A stretch of DNA of 64,000 nt from a virus (lineage: Duplodnaviria; Caudoviricetes). The DNA is taken from the IMG/VR virus record IMGVR_UViG_3300048016_000072, positions 3,256-67,255 of that record, one strand, 5' to 3'. Position numbers and translations under genes: made by a program. Below the pieces are notes generated by a model. That model did no database searches, was not told the origin of the DNA, and was given only the letters and a program-made list of their open reading frames with translations. How positions within the stretch are numbered: position 1 is the stretch's first letter; each line of letters begins with the position of its first letter. Below, one piece after another: positions 40,401 through 49,064 of the stretch.

Positions 40401-42918
40401 TGATACAGTATTCCAGAACTTACTAGAAGAGATTGTTACTCAAAAGAACAAGGGTAAGGGCGGTATTGACAACTATGGTCGAATTAAGTTCAATGCTTTA
40501 GCTGAAGATGTTCTTAGCAACTTGAAAGCATATATCTACAGTAGCCCAGAAGCTGGTTTTATTACTGGTGATATGGAAGAAGAAAGATATAGACTTCTTG
40601 TTGGTACAGAACAAAATCCTTCTTTAGCTGAGCGTATTCTTGCATTAAACATCAAGTATCCAGAGTTAAGAAACAACTACTTCTTTGCTAGATTAAAACC
40701 CGTTATACCAATAGGTAAAACAAGACTAAGCATTAAATCAGTAGAGTATAAGTCTCCATTTAGTCAAGACATTGACGAGCTTGCAAACAATAAAGGCTTC
40801 TTAGACTTAATGCTAAACGAAGATCCTGAGATAGCAAGTATTGGTAAAGACTTAATCAAGTATGCGTTTGTTAGTGGATCTGTTGCAGATAAAGCTTCGT
40901 TCTTTAGATACATTCCTATTGAAGTAAGATTGCTTAATAAGCAACACACAGATTTCATTGGTAAGTTCTATGATACGTTTAGACAAAACGTTGATAACTT
41001 CTATGAGCAGTATATCATGAATAATCCTGATATGGCTTCTTATATTGATAAGGATGCATATAAAGCGTTAACAAATACAAATACTGTAGCAAAAGATTCA
41101 AGAGGAGAAAGTATTTATACTTTACCAAAGAACATGACTCATTTGCTTATAAACAGTTCTTTCCAGTCGCTTGAAGGTTATAAGAATACAGTACCAACAT
41201 TCCCTAAGTTCTTGCGTTACTATGTTAATAGTCAAATAGTATTGTTTAAACGTATTGGTGAAAACTCATACAAGAGAATACAAACACTAGGAAACAACTC
41301 AGCATATGAATATCAGTTAGGTGTTAATCCAGCAACAATGCGTTCTGTTGACTTTAGTAACTTGTTACCAAGTCAGAAGCTTGAGAAGATTATTACATCT
41401 GATACTAATCCATTTATTGGGTTTGCAGGTAATACTAGTCTTGTTGTTGATGAGATTGAGTTATCTAATTATGCAACTACGGCAGTATCATTCCCTTATG
41501 ATACTAACAATCCTAGTAACAAGCATAATATTTTATCATCACGTTATAAAGGAAACATTAATACAGGTGAGTATACTGATAGAGATGTAGTTCTTGTATC
41601 TGGTGAGCGATTCATTGAGGTGTTATCACCTGATGCTAAGCTTAACCATATTACAAGAAACGAAGCTATTGATAAGTTATCTCCAATGTTTGAGGATTTA
41701 TATGTTCCAAAGCTTGAGAGTATTATAAAAGCAAAAGCATCTGTTGTATTATACAGCAAAGCAGAAGGCATCAATACTCTTGTAAAGAACTATCTTGAAG
41801 CAAAAGGATATAAAGCATCTGAGATTGGTCAGTTTAATAATATTAAGCTAGAATACGGAGAAGCTATTCCTACACAAGAGCCTGCTGATTTATTTGCTGA
41901 GGATACATTCATGCCTCAGATGGATGATGATGTTGTAGTTGCTAGTATGGACTTGTTTAGTTTTGCTGATATGCCTTCTGATCCTGAGATATTCTTAAGT
42001 GGTGAAGATACAAATGCTTCTAACGGATCTCCAATAGCATCTGATACTTCTGTAATAGAAGATTATATTCCTGATGCTGAAGGTGTTAATACACTTGCTT
42101 CTGTTCTAACAAAGGTAAGAGCTAATACATCTAATGAGTTCTACAAAGTATTGATTGACTCACTTAAGTTTACTGGTGATGTGAATAAGATATCAGTTGT
42201 ATTATCAAAGACTATTGCTGATCCTGCGATATACAATACAGTAACTAATCAGATAGTAATTAATCCTGATATTGTATTACAGAGTAACAGTGCTAAGTCA
42301 AGAAGTGAAAATCTTGAGGATGCTATTGTTCATGAGTTATTACATGGATATACTGCTCAGTCATTGTTCAAGTTAAGTGGTAAGGCTTCTGCTTATAAGA
42401 TTAAAGAAGAGCGTATGTATGCAGCTTCTATTAAGCAGTTATATCTATTAACAAGAGAGTCTTTATTATCAAATCCAGAGCATGCTGAAAAACTAAAAGC
42501 AGTTATTGCAAAAGTTTCCAACTCTGTGTTTGAAGATAGTGATGCTAACACTCTTACAGAAGAGGAAAAGAGCATGTACTACGGCTTAACAAGCGAACAT
42601 GAGTTTGTTAGTATGTTAATGACTGATAAGAAGTTCCAGGAGTTTATGAATGGAGTTTCTGTTGACTCATCAAAGAAGACTGTAACATCTAAGTTTGCTG
42701 ACATATTAAAGCGTTTACTTCAAGCTTTAACAAAAGCATTAGGCATGGATGTAAAAACTGACTCAGTATTAGATCAAGGTATAAAAAATATTACTAACTT
42801 GCTTAGTGTTGTTGATACAAAGACTGAAGACAGTACAGATACTACAGGTCAAACAACCTTGTTTAGTGCAGCGACAGATAATCTTAGTGACTACTCTTTA
42901 AACAATCAATGTAAATAA
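34429..42918 (+). CDS. Virion-packaged RNA polymerase (crAss-like, phi14:2 gp66 type) with C-terminal zincin domain
   Basis: RIPNQ..SM..QMGSDFDVDKL catalytic DxDxD at 38608-38622, TDAQ motif, and HELLH..EF at 42331-42345. Confidence 0.92.
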   Translation: MACLYNISGSEFSEVEVKQILKSAATLPGNEGLSDEQLLDLVKQAVEDRFVNINLFNLVQEQSITNAIFSQFVDELGLLKPGGTYEKSSRVLFADIKSKLKNTALKVKYFTENIATSEEAYNALKESATEDMLSKIPELGILNYKEFSYLGELLDNVTDDENFNKFTEQVIIKLNRLGLKVSSENEIQDFGLTNEYYESLLADAGELFGEDDVDVEDPSVNESFSDSRSFQMNPKDTATTRVKLLFSSIKSDKANLLGLADFVAYDQVFEDLLVLGAGLQHVTYESLQESILEKAQVKPYLLNVHKKLGELQASKNVQLLNEVLTVINKAYTDHTMLLWEKGKEGGVTVKVISSNRNSVVRQIKSDWLELQKVSKLVNKNKFGNLVINTELAKSLKEKYLEIRSGNNLTKKQEFFKELLTSMNIPVDDAYMKHVGAALKANKFRTFKAKSFSDLLATGNVVDNILNTLTADIDTTTESANYEDKNNPIVHERVFNILASLYYDLHSDIYQTGSYQNGENKNIYAYVQPSYLETVKKKLKTKSFLEVLSNRAYSKSSEVVRRLLEDEKTDNESFVYAISYSDSIKEDKKGEIGKVKKNQSPRELILDTYLKHQNNFAKTGYYNMFTLSDKTTAPVIQITKDSLDPSTDFAFFKTKPTVRDSFQFKDAFKNKLYDLAKAEIDRMIAYANYTKKEKLNIANFETASKMFFLFPVLNNRSDAKLNMIRTKIYQGVEPSIEDAQYLKDLIGESIKDDVIKELSNLLRKNIISKGPTSIDPATNRVQTSYYFPFFNNVYMNQLSQLQDSSKAIFAIADLKYNVLRAQINTTQVLGADMALFYKESKLVSANQIKEVFGESMTVNQLLSYNVSTEMTPEEQSKRNIINDVLNGTVLSTVDEFSKRAAMFIAPGSQGTTTWQSTKGKIVDVSLYKMITLKDVIKSNDQFSKIETTDAQEFVTLQEHINRMMSEGRIPLDIYESISDKIAQARKKKTFDYSLSDIELGFVLQPTKPVHSSNSETDGFNEINYVKSSAYPLIPDNTRDSEMDKLRVFMEKNNVGSAAFKTATKTGAPISTLEVFDDNGNFIEPSEAELSSNVQTLSREGLRTQQEIPHQKEMINVVSQMDRQLFEGLDSVLDFMFAGKKLTAAQLKGLKEQIRIALFEGNAEELLDRMGVSITDEYVSFKSERSLANLLKEEAISRNLSINDIRSIATNKDGKLVIPVYLLSNSSKFEGLLTSIFSKVVKLKLTGTSLVQVSAVGTKIKEGELSDKLKSEIVYTEVYDASKGLQYIRKEADAVSKGGKVKKGEVQAAQVFMSQFLKDENGKLINIKDFATKDENGRLILDSTRIPRKLLQLIGARIPNQLHSSMLPIEVAGFLPSYMENTIIVPDGITAQMGSDFDVDKLYAYLSNPKYTYKNSASKLIDELTKEKEAIKDKYKEQLEKADIDLAKLLNSEQQFEIAKLNESIEKYRTRLGYKNLGEKEREQKQRILDGLYEKRSSIYDEVANGVERKKLNQTKYKIKSQRAAELTAINDKIKAQKSQIESVEPVAYESSISDFKNFDPKSLSEEQLFEMYKDIHWSVLTHPTTFDKITSSIDLSDYNDEKELFYKEGIATLPVNFLPFDYNTQINTFLDNRSGKLGTGIFAQLLSFLAEHQDKKTVGFSAGINIKKDSGEIVNLSYLTAEGNTTFKSDATGKTLTRSKTQNASATLNESLDNAKNKNLNVFNLNSASMAPAKLLMSLSSNSGEIADLRYVTRFFPQFIVKYLNEQEEISKDSFAGGQKKYTSEIIADVKMQFINLLSANARELATEDNIGAMPVLNPKELLDLLKEEVVLRPKLNQLMLAYSPADINFKPEDRKVLDEFIMKQLSILTYYETLHAYGTPQSTLLNNSNVISQGVGSNLFTLLSKYRKFQSIAKAADTQYGEGLPVVIKPLKGDPVVVDRLLNIDAIFGKFETDPISESVDFTPTTQTGHAVKNSIFLAYKVLSKVSPIHFDTVFQNLLEEIVTQKNKGKGGIDNYGRIKFNALAEDVLSNLKAYIYSSPEAGFITGDMEEERYRLLVGTEQNPSLAERILALNIKYPELRNNYFFARLKPVIPIGKTRLSIKSVEYKSPFSQDIDELANNKGFLDLMLNEDPEIASIGKDLIKYAFVSGSVADKASFFRYIPIEVRLLNKQHTDFIGKFYDTFRQNVDNFYEQYIMNNPDMASYIDKDAYKALTNTNTVAKDSRGESIYTLPKNMTHLLINSSFQSLEGYKNTVPTFPKFLRYYVNSQIVLFKRIGENSYKRIQTLGNNSAYEYQLGVNPATMRSVDFSNLLPSQKLEKIITSDTNPFIGFAGNTSLVVDEIELSNYATTAVSFPYDTNNPSNKHNILSSRYKGNINTGEYTDRDVVLVSGERFIEVLSPDAKLNHITRNEAIDKLSPMFEDLYVPKLESIIKAKASVVLYSKAEGINTLVKNYLEAKGYKASEIGQFNNIKLEYGEAIPTQEPADLFAEDTFMPQMDDDVVVASMDLFSFADMPSDPEIFLSGEDTNASNGSPIASDTSVIEDYIPDAEGVNTLASVLTKVRANTSNEFYKVLIDSLKFTGDVNKISVVLSKTIADPAIYNTVTNQIVINPDIVLQSNSAKSRSENLEDAIVHELLHGYTAQSLFKLSGKASAYKIKEERMYAASIKQLYLLTRESLLSNPEHAEKLKAVIAKVSNSVFEDSDANTLTEEEKSMYYGLTSEHEFVSMLMTDKKFQEFMNGVSVDSSKKTVTSKFADILKRLLQALTKALGMDVKTDSVLDQGIKNITNLLSVVDTKTEDSTDTTGQTTLFSAATDNLSDYSLNNQCK

Positions 42919-42920
42919 GT

Positions 42921-45900
42921 ATGGCTTGCCTTATTAAAAGAAAGAATAACTTAATCACAGATGTGCGTCTACCTGATGGTAAGATAGTATCAACTGCTTA
43001 TTACGATATATTATCTGGGATTGAGACTAAAGGTCTTCCAGCGGAGCATGGTGGAAACATCAATGCTTCGTTGCAAAAGCATGTAGGTAAGTACATAAAG
43101 AATACTACTGATCCTAGTGAGCAAGCTTTAGGTATTTATCTTACGTTGTACACACCAAAGTTCCAGTCATGGTATGGTCAGTGGGTAGAAGAGCCAAAGA
43201 TTAATGCTGATTATACTATTACAAAGGATGGACTTACTCGTTCTATCTTTGACTTTATTGAGTTCACTCATCCATTAGATGTTAAGTTATCTTCACGAAG
43301 AGTTAAGTCTATAAAAGGATTGCTTCCAACAGTTAAGTTGATGCGTGATGAGTTAAAAGATCGTATCAAGCAACATGTTGATGCAAGAGAAAGAGCTAAG
43401 CTAAACAAAGAGTATTCAAAAGAGCAGAAGATTGAGCGTGAAAAGTATTATAATGCTTTGATCAAACGTCTTGAGACTCAGATAGATACATTACAAAAAG
43501 AGAACAGCATTAAGATTGTTGTTGCTCAAGGTCTAGCTGATATCCAAACAATAAAAGAGATGTTGTCCGGTTCTGTTGTATCATTAAGTGAGTTATTACT
43601 TGCTGATGATATTATAAAGACCTGGACAAACATGGAGCGTTTGTTTAATATTCCAAACATCATGGAAGTACCTGCTGATTCAGATGGTACTTTTACTACT
43701 AGAGATACTTTAATAGAGATTAATGATGCAGCTCAGTCTTTTAACAATCGTATTGCTTACTTTGCAAAGAACGAGATACTAAAAGCAATCAACAAAAATG
43801 TTGGTGAAGGTCAAGAGGTTACAATAAAAGACATCGAAGCAATGAAAGATGTCAGCTATTGGAAAGCAAAAGCTCGTGATATCACAACTGTTGATAACAA
43901 GCTTGTTGGATACCTAGCTAAGTTGATTACTGAGGTTAATATGCGTATTGAAAAAGAGCATAACCGTAACCACAAAAAGATTGACGAAGCAACTGCAAAG
44001 ATCATGGATAATCCTTTGTTCAAAGAGAACGGGTTTGATCTGTTTATTAAGCAGCAAGAGACTAAGAATCCTTTTGGTGAACCTATTAAGACTCTTGGGT
44101 TTAAAGGTCGTTTCTCTCAGGAGTGGTATGAGTCTATAAAAAGAAGATACCGCCAGTTAAAAGAGAATCTTGATACAGCAAAAGATAACAAAGAAGTTGT
44201 TGCTGCTGTATGGGCTGAGCATAACCAGTGGGTTAAAGAACACACAATTGCTTTTAACTCAGCTCCTTTTATTAATACAAGTGCTTTTACTGATGAGCAA
44301 AGACTTAATGTAATAAACGATCTTAAGAATCAAGGCTTTACTGCAGAAGAGATAAATGACTTTGTTAAACAAGCACGAGCACGTTACTCTCAGTATGTTA
44401 CTGATGCAGAAACATTCTCTATTAGTTTGCAAGATGATATCATAAAAGGTGTTGTTGTATTACAACCAGAAGATGGTACTGATGAAGAGTATATAGAGAA
44501 GCAAGTTGAAGAGTGGAAAAAGATCAATGATCCGTTAGCATACAATGCTTTGATTAATGGTACGCTAAAGTTTGATCGATCAACTGTAACGAAGGGTAGT
44601 AAGTACTCTATTAAGATCCCACGTAAGATAGTTAATGGTGCTAATAGTAACTACTATGACCAAGATTTTGCTAAGATTGCAGCAGATAAAGACTTATATG
44701 AGTTCTATGTTTTCTTCCGTGACTTTATGAAGCAGCAGTTGTCTTATCTTCCACAAGATGAGATTGACTCTTTGCAGTCTAACTTCTTACCTGTTGTAAC
44801 AGAGAGATTAAGCAAAGAGTATGGTTTGTCTGGTCTTAAAGAAGGGATGAAAGGTATCGATGAGTGGTTCTTTAAAAACTTAACTACAATCGATTACAAG
44901 ACAGCTGGTAAAGCTGATCCTATTAGCGGCGTAACACGTTATGGTTTCACGCCACGTTTTATAAACGAGAATGTTCCAGTTGAACAACGCAGTACGGACT
45001 TAAATCTTATTGCAAAGCTGTTCAGTGACATGGCTCTTATCTATAAACATAAGATTGAGGTTCAAGATACTATTGATACGATCAATAATATTGTTCAAGG
45101 AGCTACTTCTTCAACAAAGAATGTACGTTTAAAAGGAGATGTTGTTGTTAGTGAGGCTCCAAAAGTCTTGCAAGAGATGGTTCAAAGTACTGTACTAAGA
45201 TCATTCTATAGAATAACTCCTGAAGCAGAAGGAGTAATGGACAGACCTTTCTACAACTCACTTGAGCTATTAACACTTGGAACATATAAGTCTGAGAAAT
45301 ACAAGCAAGCAAAAGCTCTTGAGAAAGAACTTGAAGCATTATCACAAGAGTTAGAGAACAATCGCTCGTTAACAACTGCTGAGCGTAAAAGTATTGAACG
45401 TCAGATAACAGAAAAGACAGATGCTTATTATGAACTTGGTGGTAGAAACTTAAGTATTAGTAGCTTCTTTGATGCATTTAATAAGTTCACAAGAGAGAAA
45501 GGTATTGCATTAAACCCATTCTCAGCTGTTCGAAACTTAGCTGTTGGTGGTGTCAATAACCAGATACATGCTTATGGTAAAGAAGACTTTGATTCAGCAC
45601 AGTTAAGAAAAGCAACTTCAATATTAAAAACATCTGTTGCTAAGTATATATCATGGGGAACGGTTGAGTCAGAGCAATCTGAAAAGATCTTACGTATGAT
45701 GCTTGATACTAAAACTATTGAAGGAGAAGATAATACCTTTGCTCATGCAATAAAAGGATTAAACGGTAGAAGCATGCTTGATACTATCAAGAGTGCTATC
45801 CCTAGTCCATTTGGTTTAATGAAGTCAACTGATTACTTCTTTAGATCTCAGACAGCTATTGCTATGTTGTTAAACACAAAAGTCAAGACAACAAAGGGAG

Positions 45901-46742
45901 AGTTTAATCTATTTGAGATCATGGATAAAGATCTTAATATAGACACTGAGAAGTTTGGTGAGTGGGATATGGAGGCGAATGGTGGTAAAACTTTTGATGA
46001 AGTATACGATAAGTCAATGATGAAGATTAATCAGATCTCCAAGAAGCTTCATGGTTTCTCTGGTGATGTTCAGTCATTAGCTGGTAAGGATAATATCATT
46101 GGTCGTATACTATTTGTCTTTAGATCATGGTTACCTGAAACATTAGCTACTCGTTTTGAGACTAAGCGTCACGATCCTATACTAGAGAGAGATACAGAGG
46201 GATACTATAAAACATTCTTTGGTAACTTCATAAACGATGATGGTCTAAGAATAAAGGAATCAATATCAGAGATCATTGATGCTATAACAAAAGGAGAGGT
46301 TGAAGGATTAGATAAGATGCAGGTTGCGAATATCAGAAAGATGATGATGGAGCTTGCAGCTATTGTAGTACTAGCAGCGACTTATTTAGCATTAAAACTT
46401 GCTATTGGAGGTGATGATGAGGATGATGAAGATAAGAAGTATGCAAACATATTACTTAATCAGCTTACTCTATTGAATCGTGATTTAACATATTATATTA
46501 ACCCGTTCTCTTTCTCTGAATTATTACAGAATGCTGTACCAATAACAGCAACGCTTAATCAGACAAGAGATGCTATTGTAGCAACAACATACTATCTTGC
46601 TCGTGTTGAAAAGACAGATGAAGAAGGTACATTAGAATACGATGGTGAAAGAACTCTACTAAAGATTAGTAAGTCTCTTCCTTGGGTTAATAACGTTAAC
46701 CGTGTGATTTACTACTCAGGTCGAATGGGTAACGTTAGATAA
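42921..46742 (+). CDS. Large virion cargo protein (third RNAP-associated giant protein)
   Basis: 1273 aa, helical, LHG..GRILFVFRSW motif and C-terminal hydrophobic helix typical of ejection proteins. Confidence 0.7.
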   Translation: MACLIKRKNNLITDVRLPDGKIVSTAYYDILSGIETKGLPAEHGGNINASLQKHVGKYIKNTTDPSEQALGIYLTLYTPKFQSWYGQWVEEPKINADYTITKDGLTRSIFDFIEFTHPLDVKLSSRRVKSIKGLLPTVKLMRDELKDRIKQHVDARERAKLNKEYSKEQKIEREKYYNALIKRLETQIDTLQKENSIKIVVAQGLADIQTIKEMLSGSVVSLSELLLADDIIKTWTNMERLFNIPNIMEVPADSDGTFTTRDTLIEINDAAQSFNNRIAYFAKNEILKAINKNVGEGQEVTIKDIEAMKDVSYWKAKARDITTVDNKLVGYLAKLITEVNMRIEKEHNRNHKKIDEATAKIMDNPLFKENGFDLFIKQQETKNPFGEPIKTLGFKGRFSQEWYESIKRRYRQLKENLDTAKDNKEVVAAVWAEHNQWVKEHTIAFNSAPFINTSAFTDEQRLNVINDLKNQGFTAEEINDFVKQARARYSQYVTDAETFSISLQDDIIKGVVVLQPEDGTDEEYIEKQVEEWKKINDPLAYNALINGTLKFDRSTVTKGSKYSIKIPRKIVNGANSNYYDQDFAKIAADKDLYEFYVFFRDFMKQQLSYLPQDEIDSLQSNFLPVVTERLSKEYGLSGLKEGMKGIDEWFFKNLTTIDYKTAGKADPISGVTRYGFTPRFINENVPVEQRSTDLNLIAKLFSDMALIYKHKIEVQDTIDTINNIVQGATSSTKNVRLKGDVVVSEAPKVLQEMVQSTVLRSFYRITPEAEGVMDRPFYNSLELLTLGTYKSEKYKQAKALEKELEALSQELENNRSLTTAERKSIERQITEKTDAYYELGGRNLSISSFFDAFNKFTREKGIALNPFSAVRNLAVGGVNNQIHAYGKEDFDSAQLRKATSILKTSVAKYISWGTVESEQSEKILRMMLDTKTIEGEDNTFAHAIKGLNGRSMLDTIKSAIPSPFGLMKSTDYFFRSQTAIAMLLNTKVKTTKGEFNLFEIMDKDLNIDTEKFGEWDMEANGGKTFDEVYDKSMMKINQISKKLHGFSGDVQSLAGKDNIIGRILFVFRSWLPETLATRFETKRHDPILERDTEGYYKTFFGNFINDDGLRIKESISEIIDAITKGEVEGLDKMQVANIRKMMMELAAIVVLAATYLALKLAIGGDDEDDEDKKYANILLNQLTLLNRDLTYYINPFSFSELLQNAVPITATLNQTRDAIVATTYYLARVEKTDEEGTLEYDGERTLLKISKSLPWVNNVNRVIYYSGRMGNVR

Positions 46743-46772
46743 AAAAAGAGGGGCTTTAAGGGCCCCTTTTTT
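46741..46772. terminator. Bidirectional intrinsic terminator between convergent modules
   Basis: A7-GAGGGGC-loop-GCCCCT-T tract. Confidence 0.85.
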
Positions 46773-46977
46773 ATTCTTCTTCATCTTGTTCTCCTTGATA
46801 TGGTTCTAGATCAAACAGCCAGTTCAGTTTTATAGAGAACAATAAGAAGCCAAATGATAGCTCTTTTCTTGTCCATTGATGATCAGCTGTTGATTCAAGA
46901 TATTTATTAAGAGTTACGCCTAGTTCAAACGTAAAGTCTGCTAGGTCTTGTACTGATAGTTCTATACTTGCAAACAT
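46771..46977 (-). CDS. Hypothetical protein
   Basis: 68-aa ORF with an A-rich leader, ending at the terminator. Confidence 0.6.
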   Translation of the reverse strand: MFASIELSVQDLADFTFELGVTLNKYLESTADHQWTRKELSFGFLLFSIKLNWLFDLEPYQGEQDEEE

Positions 46978-46995
46978 TGATTGTTAGTTTAAGTG

Positions 46996-47037
46996 AAAAA
47001 AAAATGCTGCCTTTTTCCGTTTGGAAGGTAGGCAGCA
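46996..47037 (-). terminator. Intrinsic terminator / 3' end of a possible small RNA
   Basis: Minus strand reads TGCTGCCT-accTTCC-aaac-GGAAaa-AGGCAGCA-T9. Confidence 0.75.
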
Positions 47038-47067
47038 ACCGAACTACACAATAACATACAAGTGATA

Positions 47068-47100
47068 CAAAGATACTTAATTATAGCATATCTCCTAACT
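47068..47100 (-). promoter_or_regulatory. Bacteroidota sigma70-type promoter
   Basis: TTAG-N19-TATCTTTG. Shares AGTTwGGAGATATG at identical spacing with the 59217-59249 promoter. Confidence 0.65.
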
Positions 47101-47797
47101 GTATCTTAACTTTTTCTATTAGATCTTCTATGGATCCGTTGTTCTCTATAACAACATCAAAGTCCCAATCGTCAAGGGCAATCTCACTAGGGTGAGTACC
47201 TTTCTGTTCTCCTGGTCTAGTTACTTTAACTATAATCCCCCCTTTGCTTTTTATAGCTTGTGCTTCATTAGGAAAACGTGTATCAGTAATAAGCCATTGA
47301 GAACAGTCAAATCCATGTGGGGAATGATCTGAGTGAGTACACTCGTAGTCAGCAAACAGAGCGTTTACCCATACGTTCTCATGTAAACAATCTCTCATAC
47401 ACTCAGTACCTACTTTTTGTAAGAGCTCTCTTACTGTTAAAGGTACTTCGTATGTTTCATTACCTGTCATCCACGGAGCATCACTATTATAAAGTCTTGT
47501 CTGATTCCACTCAGGACCTAACTCAGTTTTCTTAAACTCCTGGTCTTCAAAGTCATGTACCCTAATACCCGTAAGTAAACTAGCTACTTCCTTTAGTTTA
47601 CCAGCAAACTTCTTTATCTCCCAATCAGAGTGATAGTAATAACCATAAGCATCTGGATTACTATGTCCTCTAAGAAACTCTTCATACGTTCTATTCCTTT
47701 GCTGAGATGCTTCAGAACTTAAATACTGTATGATCTTACCAACTGTATCTTTCCCTGAGAAAATCTTGCCAGAGATGCCAATTAGATTCTGTTTCAT
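47081..47797 (-). CDS. Deoxynucleoside monophosphate kinase
   Basis: GISGKIFSGKDT P-loop, KFAGKLK, RELLQKVGTE, ITDTRFPNE, HPSE. Confidence 0.9.
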   Translation of the reverse strand: MKQNLIGISGKIFSGKDTVGKIIQYLSSEASQQRNRTYEEFLRGHSNPDAYGYYYHSDWEIKKFAGKLKEVASLLTGIRVHDFEDQEFKKTELGPEWNQTRLYNSDAPWMTGNETYEVPLTVRELLQKVGTECMRDCLHENVWVNALFADYECTHSDHSPHGFDCSQWLITDTRFPNEAQAIKSKGGIIVKVTRPGEQKGTHPSEIALDDWDFDVVIENNGSIEDLIEKVKIQLGDML

Positions 47798-48237
47798 TCT
47801 TCAGTTACTTTAAAGGGTATTCTTCCAAGATAACAGTCTTGAGTAAGCCCAAGGTGTTTCTTAAAACTATTAATACAACTCTGAATGTTATTAGACCCTA
47901 CAGGATTATGACTATGAACAGCACATGTCTTTGGAGCGACATTATTATCCATACAATATTCTGTTAACCACATAGCACAGTGTAGACCAGTCTTTTCTTT
48001 ATAGTCATCGTACTTAGGATCTTGGAAACCCTGAGCTAATACTTGAGCAAAGTAATCATTAGTATGTTCTTTACCTAAGTCATGGTCAAACGATATAAAG
48101 TCAGGTATACCATGCTGAGTTATGTATTCAACAAACTGATCATAATTTCTAACAACAACCCAGGGATGATATCCAGGTTTATCTTCTAATGGAGTACGTA
48201 CATCATCAAGATATAAGCAAGTCTTTAGTTGTGTCAT
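47794..48237 (-). CDS. Cyclic-phosphate-processing receiver-like domain protein
   Basis: LYLDDVRTP, ISFDHDLG, TG..C, VHSHNPVG. Confidence 0.75.
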   Translation of the reverse strand: MTQLKTCLYLDDVRTPLEDKPGYHPWVVVRNYDQFVEYITQHGIPDFISFDHDLGKEHTNDYFAQVLAQGFQDPKYDDYKEKTGLHCAMWLTEYCMDNNVAPKTCAVHSHNPVGSNNIQSCINSFKKHLGLTQDCYLGRIPFKVTEE

Positions 48238-48665
48238 TTTCCTGTTGAACCGTGTCCGCCAGTTCCGCGTTCAGTTTCTGATAACTCATCAACAACCATA
48301 AACTCAACTAATGGTACAGGCATGATAATCAACTGAGCAATGCGATCACCTATTTTGTAAACAAGATCAGGTGACCATGGATTCTTTAAGTTAAATGTAG
48401 CCATAATTTCTCCACGATAGCCACTATCGATAACTCCTACACAGTTACTTAATACAAGATCATAATTACGTACAGAGGAACGTGGGAACACAAGTCCCAC
48501 CATTCCTTCTGGTATTTCTACAGCAAGTCCTGTACCATATACTATTTGACCTTCTCTACTAGATGCGTCAACTGATGTAGCTACAAGATCTGCACCTGCG
48601 TCACCAGGCTTACCAAACTTAGGGGCTACTGCATCAGCATGCAGCTTTTTTACTTTTACTTTCAT
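48234..48665 (-). CDS. dut: Trimeric dUTPase
   Basis: AGADL, PRSS, GVIDSGYRGE, RIAQL, RGTGGHGSTG. Confidence 0.95.
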   Translation of the reverse strand: MKVKVKKLHADAVAPKFGKPGDAGADLVATSVDASSREGQIVYGTGLAVEIPEGMVGLVFPRSSVRNYDLVLSNCVGVIDSGYRGEIMATFNLKNPWSPDLVYKIGDRIAQLIIMPVPLVEFMVVDELSETERGTGGHGSTGK

Positions 48666-49054
48666 AATGATTGGATTATATGTAAACATTTGCTTTTAAA
48701 ATCATCAGTATTAACTTGTATCATTCTTACTCCACACTTATTATAAAGAGCCCTACGAATCTCGTGGTCATTATCGTCCAAGTGCCAGACAAACTCAGTG
48801 TCACATAGATAGGTATACTTCCATTCCATGTTGGTAAATCTTACCTTCCATCTTGGGATTCCTAGTCTTTCAACTACTTCCCATAAATCATCTAACGTTG
48901 GTGGATAATCCATTGCGTACTTATGCAAGTGATTCTCGTCATAACGTGTTGTTACTACCCATACATCAATACCAGCATCCAGGAGCTCTTTTGCAAACTC
49001 CTGGACGTGTGGTTGACTGAGTGTACCATCAAAATCGATACTTACTTTTGTCAT
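48662..49054 (-). CDS. HAD-superfamily phosphatase
   Basis: SIDFDGTL, VTTR, K, HLDD motifs. Confidence 0.85.
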   Translation of the reverse strand: MTKVSIDFDGTLSQPHVQEFAKELLDAGIDVWVVTTRYDENHLHKYAMDYPPTLDDLWEVVERLGIPRWKVRFTNMEWKYTYLCDTEFVWHLDDNDHEIRRALYNKCGVRMIQVNTDDFKSKCLHIIQSL

Positions 49055-49064
49055 AATTATATTA

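Noticed and set aside
46978-47080. tRNA gene in the intergenic gap
   Set aside because: Only one long hairpin is present, with no cloverleaf or T-loop consensus
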